From an uncultured Spirochaetota bacterium (GTDB lineage Bacteria > Spirochaetota > Spirochaetia > SZUA-6 > Fen-1364): a stretch of 64,000 nt of DNA. Location of the stretch: positions 384,001-448,000 of the forward strand of contig CAVTHO010000008.1 of the NCBI GenBank assembly GCA_963734545.1. The letters are read 5' to 3'. The notes below the pieces were generated by a model. It did not search any database, had not been told where the DNA came from, and saw only the letters and a program-made list of their open reading frames with translations. Made by a program: the position numbers and the translations under genes. Positions 53,030 through 62,918 of the stretch are shown in pieces. Each line of letters opens with the position of its first letter. Position 1 is the stretch's first letter.

Positions 53030-53718
53030 GCGTGCACCGCCTCCGCGCTGAAGCGGTAGCCCATGCCGTGCACGGTCTCGATGAACTCGGGAGAGGCCGG
53101 ATCCTTCTCTATCTTTTTCCGCAGCCTCTGGATGTAGACCGCGACGGCCGTGATGTCGCCGTACTGGTTCCGCCAGACCTCGGAGTAGATCGTGTCCGGC
53201 GTCATGGCCTTGCCCGGGTGCGTGGCAAGGCACGCGAGGACCTCGAACTCTTTCGAGGACAGCGGCACCTTCTCCCCTCCCTTCTTCAGCAGGTAGCCGT
53301 CAATGTCCAGCAGGAAGTCCCCGAACTTCACGCTGTTGGGAGCGGCCTTGAGGTCGGTGGACCGGCGCAGCATGGCGCGCACCCGGGCCGCCAGGACCTT
53401 TGGGGAGAACGGCTTTGTGACGAACTCGTCCGCGCCGATGCCCAGGCCGAGAATCATGTCCTCGTCCGCGTCACGGGCGGACACGATCATGACCGGCACC
53501 GCGCTGTTCCTCCGCAGGCGCTGCAGGAACTCGAACCCGTCGATCCCCGGCAGGTTGATGTCGAGGACGACCAGGTCGTACCGCTCCCGCGCGAACTGTG
53601 CCAGGCCCTCCTCCCCCGTTTCGCAGATGTGGGCATCCATGCCCTCTTTCTGCAGGTAGAGGCGGATCAGGTCCGCCATCTCCTTCACGTCCTCAATGAT
53701 GAGTATCTTCGCCTGCAC
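53026..53718 (-). CDS. OmpR family response regulator
   Basis: IIED, LDINLPGIDG, KPF, winged helix VYIQRLRKK..TVHGMGY. Confidence 0.96.
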   Translation of the reverse strand: MQAKILIIEDVKEMADLIRLYLQKEGMDAHICETGEEGLAQFARERYDLVVLDINLPGIDGFEFLQRLRRNSAVPVMIVSARDADEDMILGLGIGADEFVTKPFSPKVLAARVRAMLRRSTDLKAAPNSVKFGDFLLDIDGYLLKKGGEKVPLSSKEFEVLACLATHPGKAMTPDTIYSEVWRNQYGDITAVAVYIQRLRKKIEKDPASPEFIETVHGMGYRFSAEAVHA

Positions 53719-53753
53719 GCATCTTCCCCCTGGCGCCGCCTCAGCTGCAGGAA

Positions 53754-54350
53754 TCAGCCGCCCAGCTGCTGCCGACTCTGCAGAACCTTGATAAAAGCGT
53801 CAAGCTGCCGCTGCCGTCTCTGCAGGGGCGTCATTCCGCTGTTCTGCCCGCCCCCCTGGACTTGCCGCGCCTGTCCGCCCCCCTCGCCCCCGCTGCCGGC
53901 CCCGTTCGCCGCGGCCTGCTGCCGATAGCGCTGGATGAGCTCCTGCATTGCCTTGCGGAACTGCTCGTATTCCGCCTTCTGAGCCACGGTCAGGATTCCG
54001 TCCACGCCTGCCTGCACCTGGGCCGCCTTCGAGGGCGTCGGCAGGGGATTCTCCCGCAGCGCGGTGAGAATCGGCAGGAGCTTCCCGATCTGGTCTTTTG
54101 TGAGAAAGAGCGCGGGATCCCGGGTGAATGCGAGCTGGGGGCGCTGCCCTCCGGCGGCCCCGCCGCGCCCGCCGTACATGTCTTTTGTCGCCTCGGGCGG
54201 AAGATACAGGGAGAGCCTGCCGATGAGTGCCGCCACGTTGAATCCCTGGACGACATTCGCCGCACCCGGTGAGGACGACTGTGCCCCGGCGACGATGCCG
54301 CCGGCCAGAAGACCCGCGAGAGCGATAAGAACTATCCTTTGTTTCCTCAT
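53754..54350 (-). CDS. Secreted helical protein with two LTxxQ motifs (Spy/CpxP-like)
   Basis: Signal peptide; LTKDQ and LTVAQ; Gly/Gln-rich linkers. Confidence 0.6.
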   Translation of the reverse strand: MRKQRIVLIALAGLLAGGIVAGAQSSSPGAANVVQGFNVAALIGRLSLYLPPEATKDMYGGRGGAAGGQRPQLAFTRDPALFLTKDQIGKLLPILTALRENPLPTPSKAAQVQAGVDGILTVAQKAEYEQFRKAMQELIQRYRQQAAANGAGSGGEGGGQARQVQGGGQNSGMTPLQRRQRQLDAFIKVLQSRQQLGG

Positions 54351-54366
54351 ATACCTGCCCCTTCTC

Positions 54367-56362
54367 CTACTCGAAATGCAATGCCTGGATGGGATCCATG
54401 CGTGACGCCTTGCGCGCGGGATAGATCCCGAAAAACAGCCCGACGGCGATCGAGAAGCCGATGGCCAGGCCCACGGTTCCCACGGTGAGAGACACCGTCA
54501 TGTTGCCGAACCTGCTTATGAGATTTGCCGCAAGTGCGCCCATGGCCCAGCCGAGGAGCCCTCCCAGCCCCGAGAGAATAACCGCCTCGATGAGGAATTG
54601 CGCCATGATGTCCCGCCGGCGCGCACCAAGGGCCTTGCGGATGCCGATTTCCCGGGTCCTCTCGGTGACGGACACGAGCATGATGTTCATGATCCCGATT
54701 CCGCCGACCAGGAGACTGATGCCGGCGATGCTGCCGAGCATCAACGTCATGATGTCGGAGACTCCCTGCACCGTCTGCAGCACATCCTGCTGGCTGACCA
54801 CGGAGAAATCGTCCGCCGCCCCGTCCTGGATCTTGTGCCTTTCCCGCAGGAGAGCAGCGATGTCCTCCTTGACCGCGGCAATCTGATCCTTGTCCACGAC
54901 GCTGACGCCGATGCTCCGCACATCCTTCTGATGGCGGAACCGCGCGTACACGGTGGTGAGCGGGACGATGATCGTGTCGTCCTGGCTGAAGAACCCGCCG
55001 CCGGCGCCCTTTTTCTGGAGGACACCGATGACGCGGAAGCTCACGTTGTTGATCTTCACCGACCTTGCCCACCGGGTCCTCGTCTGAAAAAAGGTTGGTC
55101 ACGATGTCCTGGCCGAGCACGGCGACGGTGCGGCTTGCGCGATAGTCCTCCTGCGTGAAGAAAGCCCCGTCGTCGAGCGGCCAGTTGCGCACGTCGACAT
55201 AGTCCGTGCTCGTTCCCACGATCGAGGTGTTCCAGTTGCTCTTCTTGTACGTCACCTGCTGCCGCGTCGAGGCCTCGGGCTCCACGCCCGCCAGGCCCTG
55301 GACGCCCGCCCGTATCGCGTTCGCGTCATCCACAGTGAGTGTGGACACGGACCCGAAGCCCTGGCGCACCCCGCCGACATTCGCGCTCCCGGGGGTGACG
55401 GTGAGGAAGTTGCTGCCAAGCCCCTGTATCTGTTTCTGCACTCCGGCCGTGGCCCCCTGGCCGACCGAGACCATCGCGATCACGGCGCCGACCCCGATGA
55501 GTATTCCGAGTATCGTCAGGACGGCCCGCATCTTGTTCTGCAAGAGCGATCGGGCAGCCGACCGGACATTTTCCCACAGCTCGGCCGGCGTGAGAAATGC
55601 GTGGCGCTGTCGCGTGCTGCGGGTCACGGCGGCGCTGAGCTTCTGCACGTCGATCCCGCCGCCGTTCATGCCTTTGGGTTTCCGAACAGCCTCGTCGCTC
55701 ACGATGACCCCGTCCTTGAACTTCACGACCCGCCTGGCGTAGGCGGCCACGCTCTCTTCGTGGGTCACCATGAGGATGGTAATTCCCGCCTTGTTCAGGC
55801 TGAGGAATATATCCATGATCTCGTCGCTCATCCTGCTGTCGAGGTTTCCCGTCGGCTCGTCGGCAAGGATGATGGCAGGTGCGTTGACGAGCGCGCGGGC
55901 AATGGCCACACGCTGCTGCTCACCGCCGGAAAGCTCATTGGGGGTGTGGCTGCCGCGCAGCGGGAGCCCGACGGCCTCGAGCAGGGCCTGGGCCGGCTTT
56001 TCCCGTCTCCGCTCTCCCGTGTAGATGAGAGGGAGCTCGATGTTGCGCTCCGCGCTCGTACGGGAAAGAAGGTTGAAGCCCTGGAAAACGAATCCGATGG
56101 ACCTGCTGCGCACGCCGGCGAGCTCGTCGTCCGACATGGTGGACACATCGGTGCCGTCCAGCAGGTACGTGCCGGACGTGGGATGATCGAGGCAGCCCAG
56201 CAGGTTGAGGAAGGTGGATTTGCCCGAGCCCGACGGTCCCATGACCGCGACGAACTCGCCCTGCTCCAGCTTGAACGACACGCCCTTCAGCGCGTGGACC
56301 TCCACGGTGCCGGTGTCATATGTCTTGGTGAGGCCTTCTGTCACGATGAGGGGGCGTCCCAT
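54367..56362 (-). CDS. macB: MacB-type fused ABC ATPase/permease (frameshift near 55060)
   Basis: GPSGSGKST, LSGGEQQR, ILADEPTGNLD; LGILIGVGAVI; GGIGIMNIMLVSVTERTREIGIRKALGA. Confidence 0.93.
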
Positions 56363-56376
56363 TCTTCTCTCTCCCG

Positions 56377-57681
56377 CTATCGAAGCACCCGGAAGACCTG
56401 CCCCATGCTGCCGGGGCCGCCCTGCTGCGTCTGCCTCGCGCCCGCGGAAGTCGTTCTCCGCTGCACGACGACCTCCTGGCCTTCATCCAGGCCCGCGACG
56501 ATCTGGGTCTTTGATCCGTCGGTGGCGCCGCTCTGCACGTCCCAGGCCACGAGCTGCCCGCCGTCCATGATCGTCACCTGCGGGGAGCCATTGTTCGACT
56601 TGATGGCGGACGAGGGGAGAGTGAGAACGTTCTTCAATGCGAGCACCGAGATCTCCGCGTCCGCGTTCATTCCCCACAGGATCCTGCCGTCGCGGTTGGG
56701 CACCTCGATGGTCGCGCTGAACACGGACACATTGTTCACCACCTGCGCGTGCCGGTCGATCTGCGTGACCTTGCCGGCAAACTGCAGGTCCGGAAAGCTG
56801 GAAACGGCTACCGAGGCCTTCTGGCCGACCTTGACCTGCGCCATGTCGTTCTCATTGACCTGCGCCTGCAGCCACATGGGGTCGGGATCCACCACGGTGG
56901 CGATGGCCGTGCTCGGGCTCACGAGGTCCCCGACATTGACCAGTACCTCGGCCACCATGCCGGCCATCGGGGACCGGATGACCGTCGAATCGAGGATGAG
57001 CTTCGCCATCTGCATGGCGTAGTCAGCCTGGGCCACGACGGCTTCCTGGGCGCTGATCACGTCTTCCTGCGACTGCCCCTTCGTGTTCTCGAAGGAGAGC
57101 CGGGAGGCGTCGTAGCTGGCCTTTGCGGAGGCGAGCTGGCGCTCAGCGTCCGCGAGCTGGTTGCGGGAGGCGAGCCCCTTGTCGGAGAGCGCTTTCACGC
57201 TGTCGTAGTTTTCCTGCTGGGTGGAAACAGCGGCCTCCGCCTGGGTCAGGGCCGCCTGCGCCGCCGCAAGATCCATGCCCGCCGGTTTCGCTTTCAGGTT
57301 GTCCAGCTTCACCCGCGCCGACTGGAGGTTGGCCATGTCACTCTTCAGCGTCAGATCGAGCCCCGTGGCTTCGATTTCCGCCAGTGGCTGCCCGGCCCTC
57401 ACGCGCTGGCCCTCGACAACGCTGATCTTCACGATCTTGCGCGTGGGCATATTCGAGTCAGGGCGGATGGTCACCATCGTGTTCGGCTGAAACTGCCCGG
57501 AGGCGGCAACGGACGCGTTGAGGTCACCGCGGGTCACTTTCACCACGTTGACGCTCACCGGGTCTTTCGATTCCGCCGGGTCGGCCGAGGGGAAAATCCT
57601 CCCGCGAAAAAGAAAAAGCCCTGCCCCCACCGCCACAACGGCCACTGCAATGATGATCCCTGCTTTCAATTGTCCCTTCAC
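56377..57681 (-). CDS. MacA-like periplasmic adaptor
   Basis: N-terminal TM, EGQRVRAGQ, coiled-coil hairpin, IRSPMAG..VGDLV, VNENDM..VKVGQ. Confidence 0.9.
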   Translation of the reverse strand: MKGQLKAGIIIAVAVVAVGAGLFLFRGRIFPSADPAESKDPVSVNVVKVTRGDLNASVAASGQFQPNTMVTIRPDSNMPTRKIVKISVVEGQRVRAGQPLAEIEATGLDLTLKSDMANLQSARVKLDNLKAKPAGMDLAAAQAALTQAEAAVSTQQENYDSVKALSDKGLASRNQLADAERQLASAKASYDASRLSFENTKGQSQEDVISAQEAVVAQADYAMQMAKLILDSTVIRSPMAGMVAEVLVNVGDLVSPSTAIATVVDPDPMWLQAQVNENDMAQVKVGQKASVAVSSFPDLQFAGKVTQIDRHAQVVNNVSVFSATIEVPNRDGRILWGMNADAEISVLALKNVLTLPSSAIKSNNGSPQVTIMDGGQLVAWDVQSGATDGSKTQIVAGLDEGQEVVVQRRTTSAGARQTQQGGPGSMGQVFRVLR

Positions 57682-57709
57682 GTTCTCATCTCCCTGAATC
57701 CTTTGATCC

Positions 57710-59122
57710 CTATTCTCCCATTGTATTCTGCAGGGCAAGCACCCCGAGCTGGGCGTCGCTGCGGGCCTTGCCTTCGTTCACCCGGGCCGTGGTCAACGCC
57801 ACCGAGGCGGTGAGCACGTCGAGGTTCGAGTTGACGCCGGAGTCGTACTGGAGACTCGCCAGCTCGTACTGGCTCTGCGCGAGCTCGAGGCTTTCCTGGG
57901 CAAGCTGCGCCCTGCCGATCAGGTCATGCAGGCTGTAGAGAGCGTTCTTCACGTCCGTGGCGATGCTCGAGGCGAGCTGCTGCTGTTGAAGGGTGTACGA
58001 ATCCTTCTGCATGGCCGCCTGCCTGACCTGGGCGTCTATGGAGCCCGCGTCATAGATCGGGGCTGCCACGTTGACACCCGCGTTCCAGCTGAAGACATCC
58101 GTGCTCCGCGCCCAGTCATGCGTGTAGGTGAGGCCGCTGGTCGCTTTCACGACCGGGGTCGACTTGCCCTTGTTGAGGGCCAGGTCGATGTCCGTCGACG
58201 CCTGGTTCAGCACGATCTGCCGCATGTCCGACCGCTGGGCGAGCGCGCGAGAAACAGCAGTGGCAACGTCGAGATCGGGAACCGGGATGTCCCCGACCTC
58301 AGCCACCTGGTACACCCTGTCCAGAGGCCATCCCACCAGGGTGGACAACTTTTCGCGGTCGACTTCGCGCGTTCCCTGGGCGAGCCGGAGGTCCAGCTCC
58401 GCCTGCTTCTGGTTGACCTGGGCCTGCTTGATGTCGATCTGGCTCGCGCTGTGCGCATCGAAGAGTGCCTGGCTTTTCACGGTCTCCTGCTGTCTCTGGT
58501 TCAGCGTGTCCTGATAGATCTCGAGCTGGCGCTGCGCGGCGAGCAGCGTATAGTACGCCTGCTTCACCTGGTAGATGATGGTCTTTCGATTTGAATCTTC
58601 CGCTGACTGCGTTCCCTGGAGACTGACAGCGGCCTTCCGAGTCGCGGCCAGATTGCTTCCCCCCGGATAACCGTCCCAAAGGGTCGCGGCGGCGGAAACC
58701 GAAAGCGCCGTTGTCTGCGCGGGAGTTGCCTCTTCGGTGAGCGTATGACCTGCCGAGACATCGAGGCTCGTGGAAAGCGGCGCGGTGAGCGACATCCCCA
58801 GCTTCCCGGTGTCCTGTGCAAATGCCGACTGGCCCAGGCTCAACAGGCGGGTATCATAGGGCGCGCCCTGGTGGGTCGCGGAAGCGGTGCCTGTCAGGCC
58901 GAGTGAGTTCGCCGCTGCCGCCTGCGTGTACTGGGCCTGCGCCATTGCCACGGTTGCCCGGGAAATGAGGATGCCCGGGCCGCTCGTGAGCGCCTGATCA
59001 ACCATCTGGGGAAGGGTGACCACGAGGTCGGGAGCGGCAGCCTGTGCATGGGCAACGCAGGAAACGAATGCGAGAACAATGAGTGTCATTCGCAGTCCCG
59101 GTGCCCCCCGCTTGATTTGCAT
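57710..59122 (-). CDS. tolC: TolC family outer membrane efflux protein
   Basis: Signal peptide; LWDG, VKQAYY, PIYDAG, YDSGVNSNLDVL..A. Confidence 0.88.
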   Translation of the reverse strand: MQIKRGAPGLRMTLIVLAFVSCVAHAQAAAPDLVVTLPQMVDQALTSGPGILISRATVAMAQAQYTQAAAANSLGLTGTASATHQGAPYDTRLLSLGQSAFAQDTGKLGMSLTAPLSTSLDVSAGHTLTEEATPAQTTALSVSAAATLWDGYPGGSNLAATRKAAVSLQGTQSAEDSNRKTIIYQVKQAYYTLLAAQRQLEIYQDTLNQRQQETVKSQALFDAHSASQIDIKQAQVNQKQAELDLRLAQGTREVDREKLSTLVGWPLDRVYQVAEVGDIPVPDLDVATAVSRALAQRSDMRQIVLNQASTDIDLALNKGKSTPVVKATSGLTYTHDWARSTDVFSWNAGVNVAAPIYDAGSIDAQVRQAAMQKDSYTLQQQQLASSIATDVKNALYSLHDLIGRAQLAQESLELAQSQYELASLQYDSGVNSNLDVLTASVALTTARVNEGKARSDAQLGVLALQNTMGE

Positions 59123-59190
59123 ACCCCAAGGGTACACACCGGGGGCTGCCGGGCGCCATAGATGCGGCGTGAACGCTGGATAAAAATCTG

Positions 59191-60520
59191 TTATCCGGTG
59201 GAAGGCCGCCGTTCCCAGGATTCCACGAGAGGGTGCCTCACGGCCGGGCCCGGGTCCGACGGGTCGAGCGTTCTGCCCACCTCCGCGTAGGCGGCAATCC
59301 GCCGCTCCAGCCGGAGGTGCGCCAGGGGATTGTCGGAGCGGAACAGGCCATAACGCTCTTCGCAGTCGGCGAGCCGCTCGTGGGCAATCAGGGCCCAGGT
59401 GGCGTCGATGAGGTGGGAGAACTCCGGCAGAAGAAGCTCGGGGCAGTTGAACGACTGCCGCGGGCTGTTGATGTCCACGCCGCTGATCTCCATGAAACCG
59501 TGCCGCGCGCAGAGCGCCCGCACGCGGCGCAGCTGCTCCAGCGTGTTGCGCGGCGGCATGTACGCGATGGCGCGGAAACCCAGCCTCCGGGCCTCCTCCA
59601 TCAGCTCGTCCAGATACCCGTCCTCGAAAAGCTCGGCCTTCTTGTCCCCGGTCGGGGAATCGGTGATATCGCCCAGGTACCCGTAGCAGGGAATGCCGCC
59701 CACTTCTTCCGCGAAGCGCACCGCGCGAAGGACCGGGATGCACTCTTCGCCGTCCGGCTGGATGAAGGCCTTTTCCATGAAGGAGCTTTTCAATACGCCG
59801 AGCAGGTCGAAGAGGAGCGATTCGTTGGCATGGATCGACCAGGTACGCGGCGATCCGCGGGGGAGGCACGATGCCGAGGGCGGTGCGAAGGAAGGCGGCA
59901 AGAGGCTCCCCGCGGCCGGTTTTTTCCACGATCTTCCGCGCAACGGCAAGGAGGATATGCCGCTCGGTGATGGTCCCTCCCTCCTCGACGCACGAAGCGG
60001 CGCGCACGTCCTTCTGCCAGTCCAGCGAAGAGAGGCCATAGCCCGGCAGGAGGGAGTTCAGCCGCTCCACCATGCGCCGCTCCCTCAGCTCCCGCGAGGC
60101 CTGGATGGGCCGCAGGAACGCGCGCAGGGCGGGCACGCTGCGTGCCGGCACCCCGTGCATCATCATGTACAGAACGCCTGCCGAATCGGGGTTGTTGATC
60201 TTCCTCCCCTCGAGCCGGGTGCCGGCAGCGCTGACGCGCAGCTCCACGCCGGCGGTAGTGGCTACCTTGAGGATCCTGCCCGCCTCGCGCATCTCTGCGG
60301 CCCCCGCGATCGAGTCATGGTCCATGATGCCCACGGCAGCGAGCCCCGCGGCCCTGGCGCGCGCCGCGGCCGCCGCCGGTGAGTAGGGACTGAAGGAGTA
60401 GATCGTGTGCACGTGGCAGTTGACTTCGGGGCCCGGATCCGCGGCAATCCCGCGCGCGGCGAGCTCTCGCAGGGCGGCAAGACGCTCCGGCGCGGTCGGG
60501 GCATTCAAGGGGTCGGACAT
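59191..60520 (-). CDS. PHP domain metallo-phosphoesterase (frameshift near 59835)
   Basis: NCHVHTIYSFSP, MDHDS, AGVE, ITERH, YLGDIT.S.TGDKK, YMPPRN, ISGVDINSPRQ. Confidence 0.82.
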
Positions 60521-60583
60521 GTCGGTCACTCCTGGTGACATTTAGTCGGTCACTCCTGGTGACATTTAGTCGGTCACTCCTGG
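60521..60583. repeat. 24-bp tandem repeat, about 2.6 copies, at DHH-PHP junction
   Basis: GTCGGTCACTCCTGGTGACATTTA at 60521 and 60545, partial copy at 60569. Confidence 0.92.
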
Positions 60584-61542
60584 AGCGCCGGAATGCGGAG
60601 GGCCCGGCGGAAGCGCTCGTGGAGCTGCTGACCGTCGATCTCCCGAGGGTCCCGGATGATGCCCCCCGCCATGTCCGCGTGGCCGCCGCCGAAGCCGACG
60701 CCCTGGAGGGCCTCCTGCACCACCCGGGACGCGTTCCAGGCATCCCGCTCGCTCCGCACCGACACGTTGATCACGCCGTCATTGCGCGCGCAGAGCACGA
60801 CGAACTCGGCCTCTTCCAGCGTGATGAAGAAATCACCGAGGATGCCGAGAAGATTCTGGTTGCAGCCCTCGGGAAACCAGCAGAAAGCGACGTGGTCGTG
60901 GACCTGCACGTTGGCCAGCGCGTGGCGGTAGAACTCGAGGTCCCGCGTCTGTATGGAGTTGCGGAGGATCGAGTTTTCCAGCCGCACGTCCGCGCGCGTG
61001 TACAGGTCCGCATATGCCTGGATGTCCTCGTTGCTCACCTGCCGGGTGAGAAGGGCGGTGTCCATGTTGATGCCGATCATGAGCGCCGTGGCGACCTCTC
61101 GCGGAATCTCCGCCAGGGTCTCCCGGAAGTAGCCGTAGATCACGGTCGCGCAGGCGCCCACATCGGGGCGGATATCGACGAACGGCACATTGTCCGGCGT
61201 CTTCACGTCGTGATGGTCGATTACGGCGACCTCGTCCCCCGGCAGGTCCGTGACGTTCTTGCTCCCCTTGCACCCGTCCACGATCACGACGGGGTCGTGC
61301 GGGCCTATTGTAACGCCCGCGGCCGGCCCGACATCGATTCCGAGGTCACGGATCATCCGGCGCAGTGAATCCCTCTGCAGGTTTCCCCCATACACGATAC
61401 GGGAAGGTACTCCGGCATTCTTCAACAGCACCTGCAGCCCGAAAGCCGTTGCGACCGCATCGCAGTCGGGAAAGTCGTGCGTCTGCACGTAGACCGGCCG
61501 CCGCGCCCCGATCACATTCAGCAACTCCGCCATTTTTCCCAT
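60574..61542 (-). CDS. DHH/DHHA1 phosphoesterase (NrnA-like)
   Basis: THDFPDCDA, IVD, IDHH, GACAT, MDT, SVRS, GGGHADMAGG. Confidence 0.9.
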   Translation of the reverse strand: MGKMAELLNVIGARRPVYVQTHDFPDCDAVATAFGLQVLLKNAGVPSRIVYGGNLQRDSLRRMIRDLGIDVGPAAGVTIGPHDPVVIVDGCKGSKNVTDLPGDEVAVIDHHDVKTPDNVPFVDIRPDVGACATVIYGYFRETLAEIPREVATALMIGINMDTALLTRQVSNEDIQAYADLYTRADVRLENSILRNSIQTRDLEFYRHALANVQVHDHVAFCWFPEGCNQNLLGILGDFFITLEEAEFVVLCARNDGVINVSVRSERDAWNASRVVQEALQGVGFGGGHADMAGGIIRDPREIDGQQLHERFRRALRIPALQE

Positions 61543-61572
61543 CCCGTTCAGGATATCGTGCCTGACTCTTGT

Positions 61573-61601
61573 TTGACAGCCCCCTGCCGCGCGCCTACAA
61601 T
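61573..61601 (+). promoter_or_regulatory. Near-consensus sigma70 promoter
   Basis: TTGACA-17 bp-TACAAT. Confidence 0.7.
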
Positions 61602-61619
61602 TCATTCGTGGGGGCTTGA

Positions 61620-62903
61620 ATGGCCGAAGCCGGCAAGAAGAAGTACGGGAAAGGCGCTCTCATCTACATCGAATCGGATGAGGAGAGCGGCGATGTGTGC
61701 GTGGTGGAAACAGGTGAAGTGGAGTTGACCGGAACCCCCGGCATACCGCGCTTCCGTTCCCTCCTGGGGCCCGGGGATATCTTCGGCTTCACCTCCTGTC
61801 TCTGCCGCCGTCCCCGCATGGAAACCGCGATTGCGCGCACGGACTGCACGTGCGCCGTGCTCGAGCGCGAACGATTCATCGAATCCGTCCAGGCCAATCC
61901 CGACGTGGCGGGCCGCATCATCTCCTACTTCGCCCAGGAGCTGCGCGCGTTCGACGAAATGGTTGTCTCCCCATCCGAGGAGGCGAGCGTGTCCGACGAC
62001 GAGACGCGCCTGTATGAGCTTGCCGAGCATTTTCAGAAGAAGGGCCGGGCGGCGCATGCGCACCATGCGCTGGACGTCTACCAGCGCCGGTTTGCGGCCG
62101 GGTCGCGCGGCGCCGAGGCTGCCGCTCGTCTTGCCGCGCTTGCCGGCAAGGGAAGCGTCCTTCCCGCGCCTGTCACGCGCGGCCTGTGCCGGGTGTTCGC
62201 CGACCGGCAGATGATTTTCTGCGAGTATGAGCCGGGAAACGAGCTGTACATCATCAAGTCGGGAAAGGTGGAGATACTGAAGATCAATCCGCCAGAAGAG
62301 ATACTTCTGTCGATCCTGCGGGAAGGAGATATTTTCGGGGAGCTCTCCATCGTCTCCAGCGCCCCCCGCAGCGCCACCGCGGTGAGCGCGGGAGAGACGA
62401 CGCTTCTCCCGGTCTCGCGCGAATCCCTGCCGTCGGTCTTCGGGAAGTCCCCGGCGACGGTCGGGCGCATTCTCGCCGCCCTCAGCCAGCGGCTGTGGTT
62501 CACGTTCATCCGCCTGCGCGCGAAGGTCTACGAGAACCCCCTCACCCGGGCATACGTGCTGCTGGAAAACAAGCTCCTCGAAGACCGGGTATCCCTTACC
62601 AGCACCAAGCCGTGCACGCTGCCCCTGGGCATCGCGGATATCCTCGGCATGGCAGGCGTGCCCTCGGATCAGATGGACAGCGTGAAGGGCCTGCTCTCGG
62701 ACGATCGAAACCTTGCGTTCCAGTTCCGGCAGCTCACCATCGAGAACCCCAGCGCCCTCCAGGCACGGGCACGGTACTTCCGCACGCGCGACCATCTGGA
62801 CAGTCCCGAGCTGAAAGCGGCAGTCACTCCGAGGAGGCGCCCCGGCAGGATCGGCCTGGACGTGAGCGAGCTGCGCGTCCCGCCTGAAAAGATTCCGGGA
62901 TAG
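61620..62903 (+). CDS. Tandem cyclic-nucleotide-binding domain protein with central TPR-like helix
   Basis: cNMP1 GDIFGF..RPRMETA; cNMP2 IFCEYEPGNELYIIKSG..GDIFGELS..PRSATA. Confidence 0.88.
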   Translation: MAEAGKKKYGKGALIYIESDEESGDVCVVETGEVELTGTPGIPRFRSLLGPGDIFGFTSCLCRRPRMETAIARTDCTCAVLERERFIESVQANPDVAGRIISYFAQELRAFDEMVVSPSEEASVSDDETRLYELAEHFQKKGRAAHAHHALDVYQRRFAAGSRGAEAAARLAALAGKGSVLPAPVTRGLCRVFADRQMIFCEYEPGNELYIIKSGKVEILKINPPEEILLSILREGDIFGELSIVSSAPRSATAVSAGETTLLPVSRESLPSVFGKSPATVGRILAALSQRLWFTFIRLRAKVYENPLTRAYVLLENKLLEDRVSLTSTKPCTLPLGIADILGMAGVPSDQMDSVKGLLSDDRNLAFQFRQLTIENPSALQARARYFRTRDHLDSPELKAAVTPRRRPGRIGLDVSELRVPPEKIPG

Positions 62904-62918
62904 CCCGGTCCCTCGGGG

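Noticed and set aside
57710-60541. Apparent PHP-TolC fusion (943 aa)
   Set aside because: The middle is off-frame text; the true PHP C-terminus is in ORF 59191..60039 and TolC has its own signal peptide
60521-60583. Possible CRISPR or att site
   Set aside because: Contiguous repeats with no spacers and no integrase nearby
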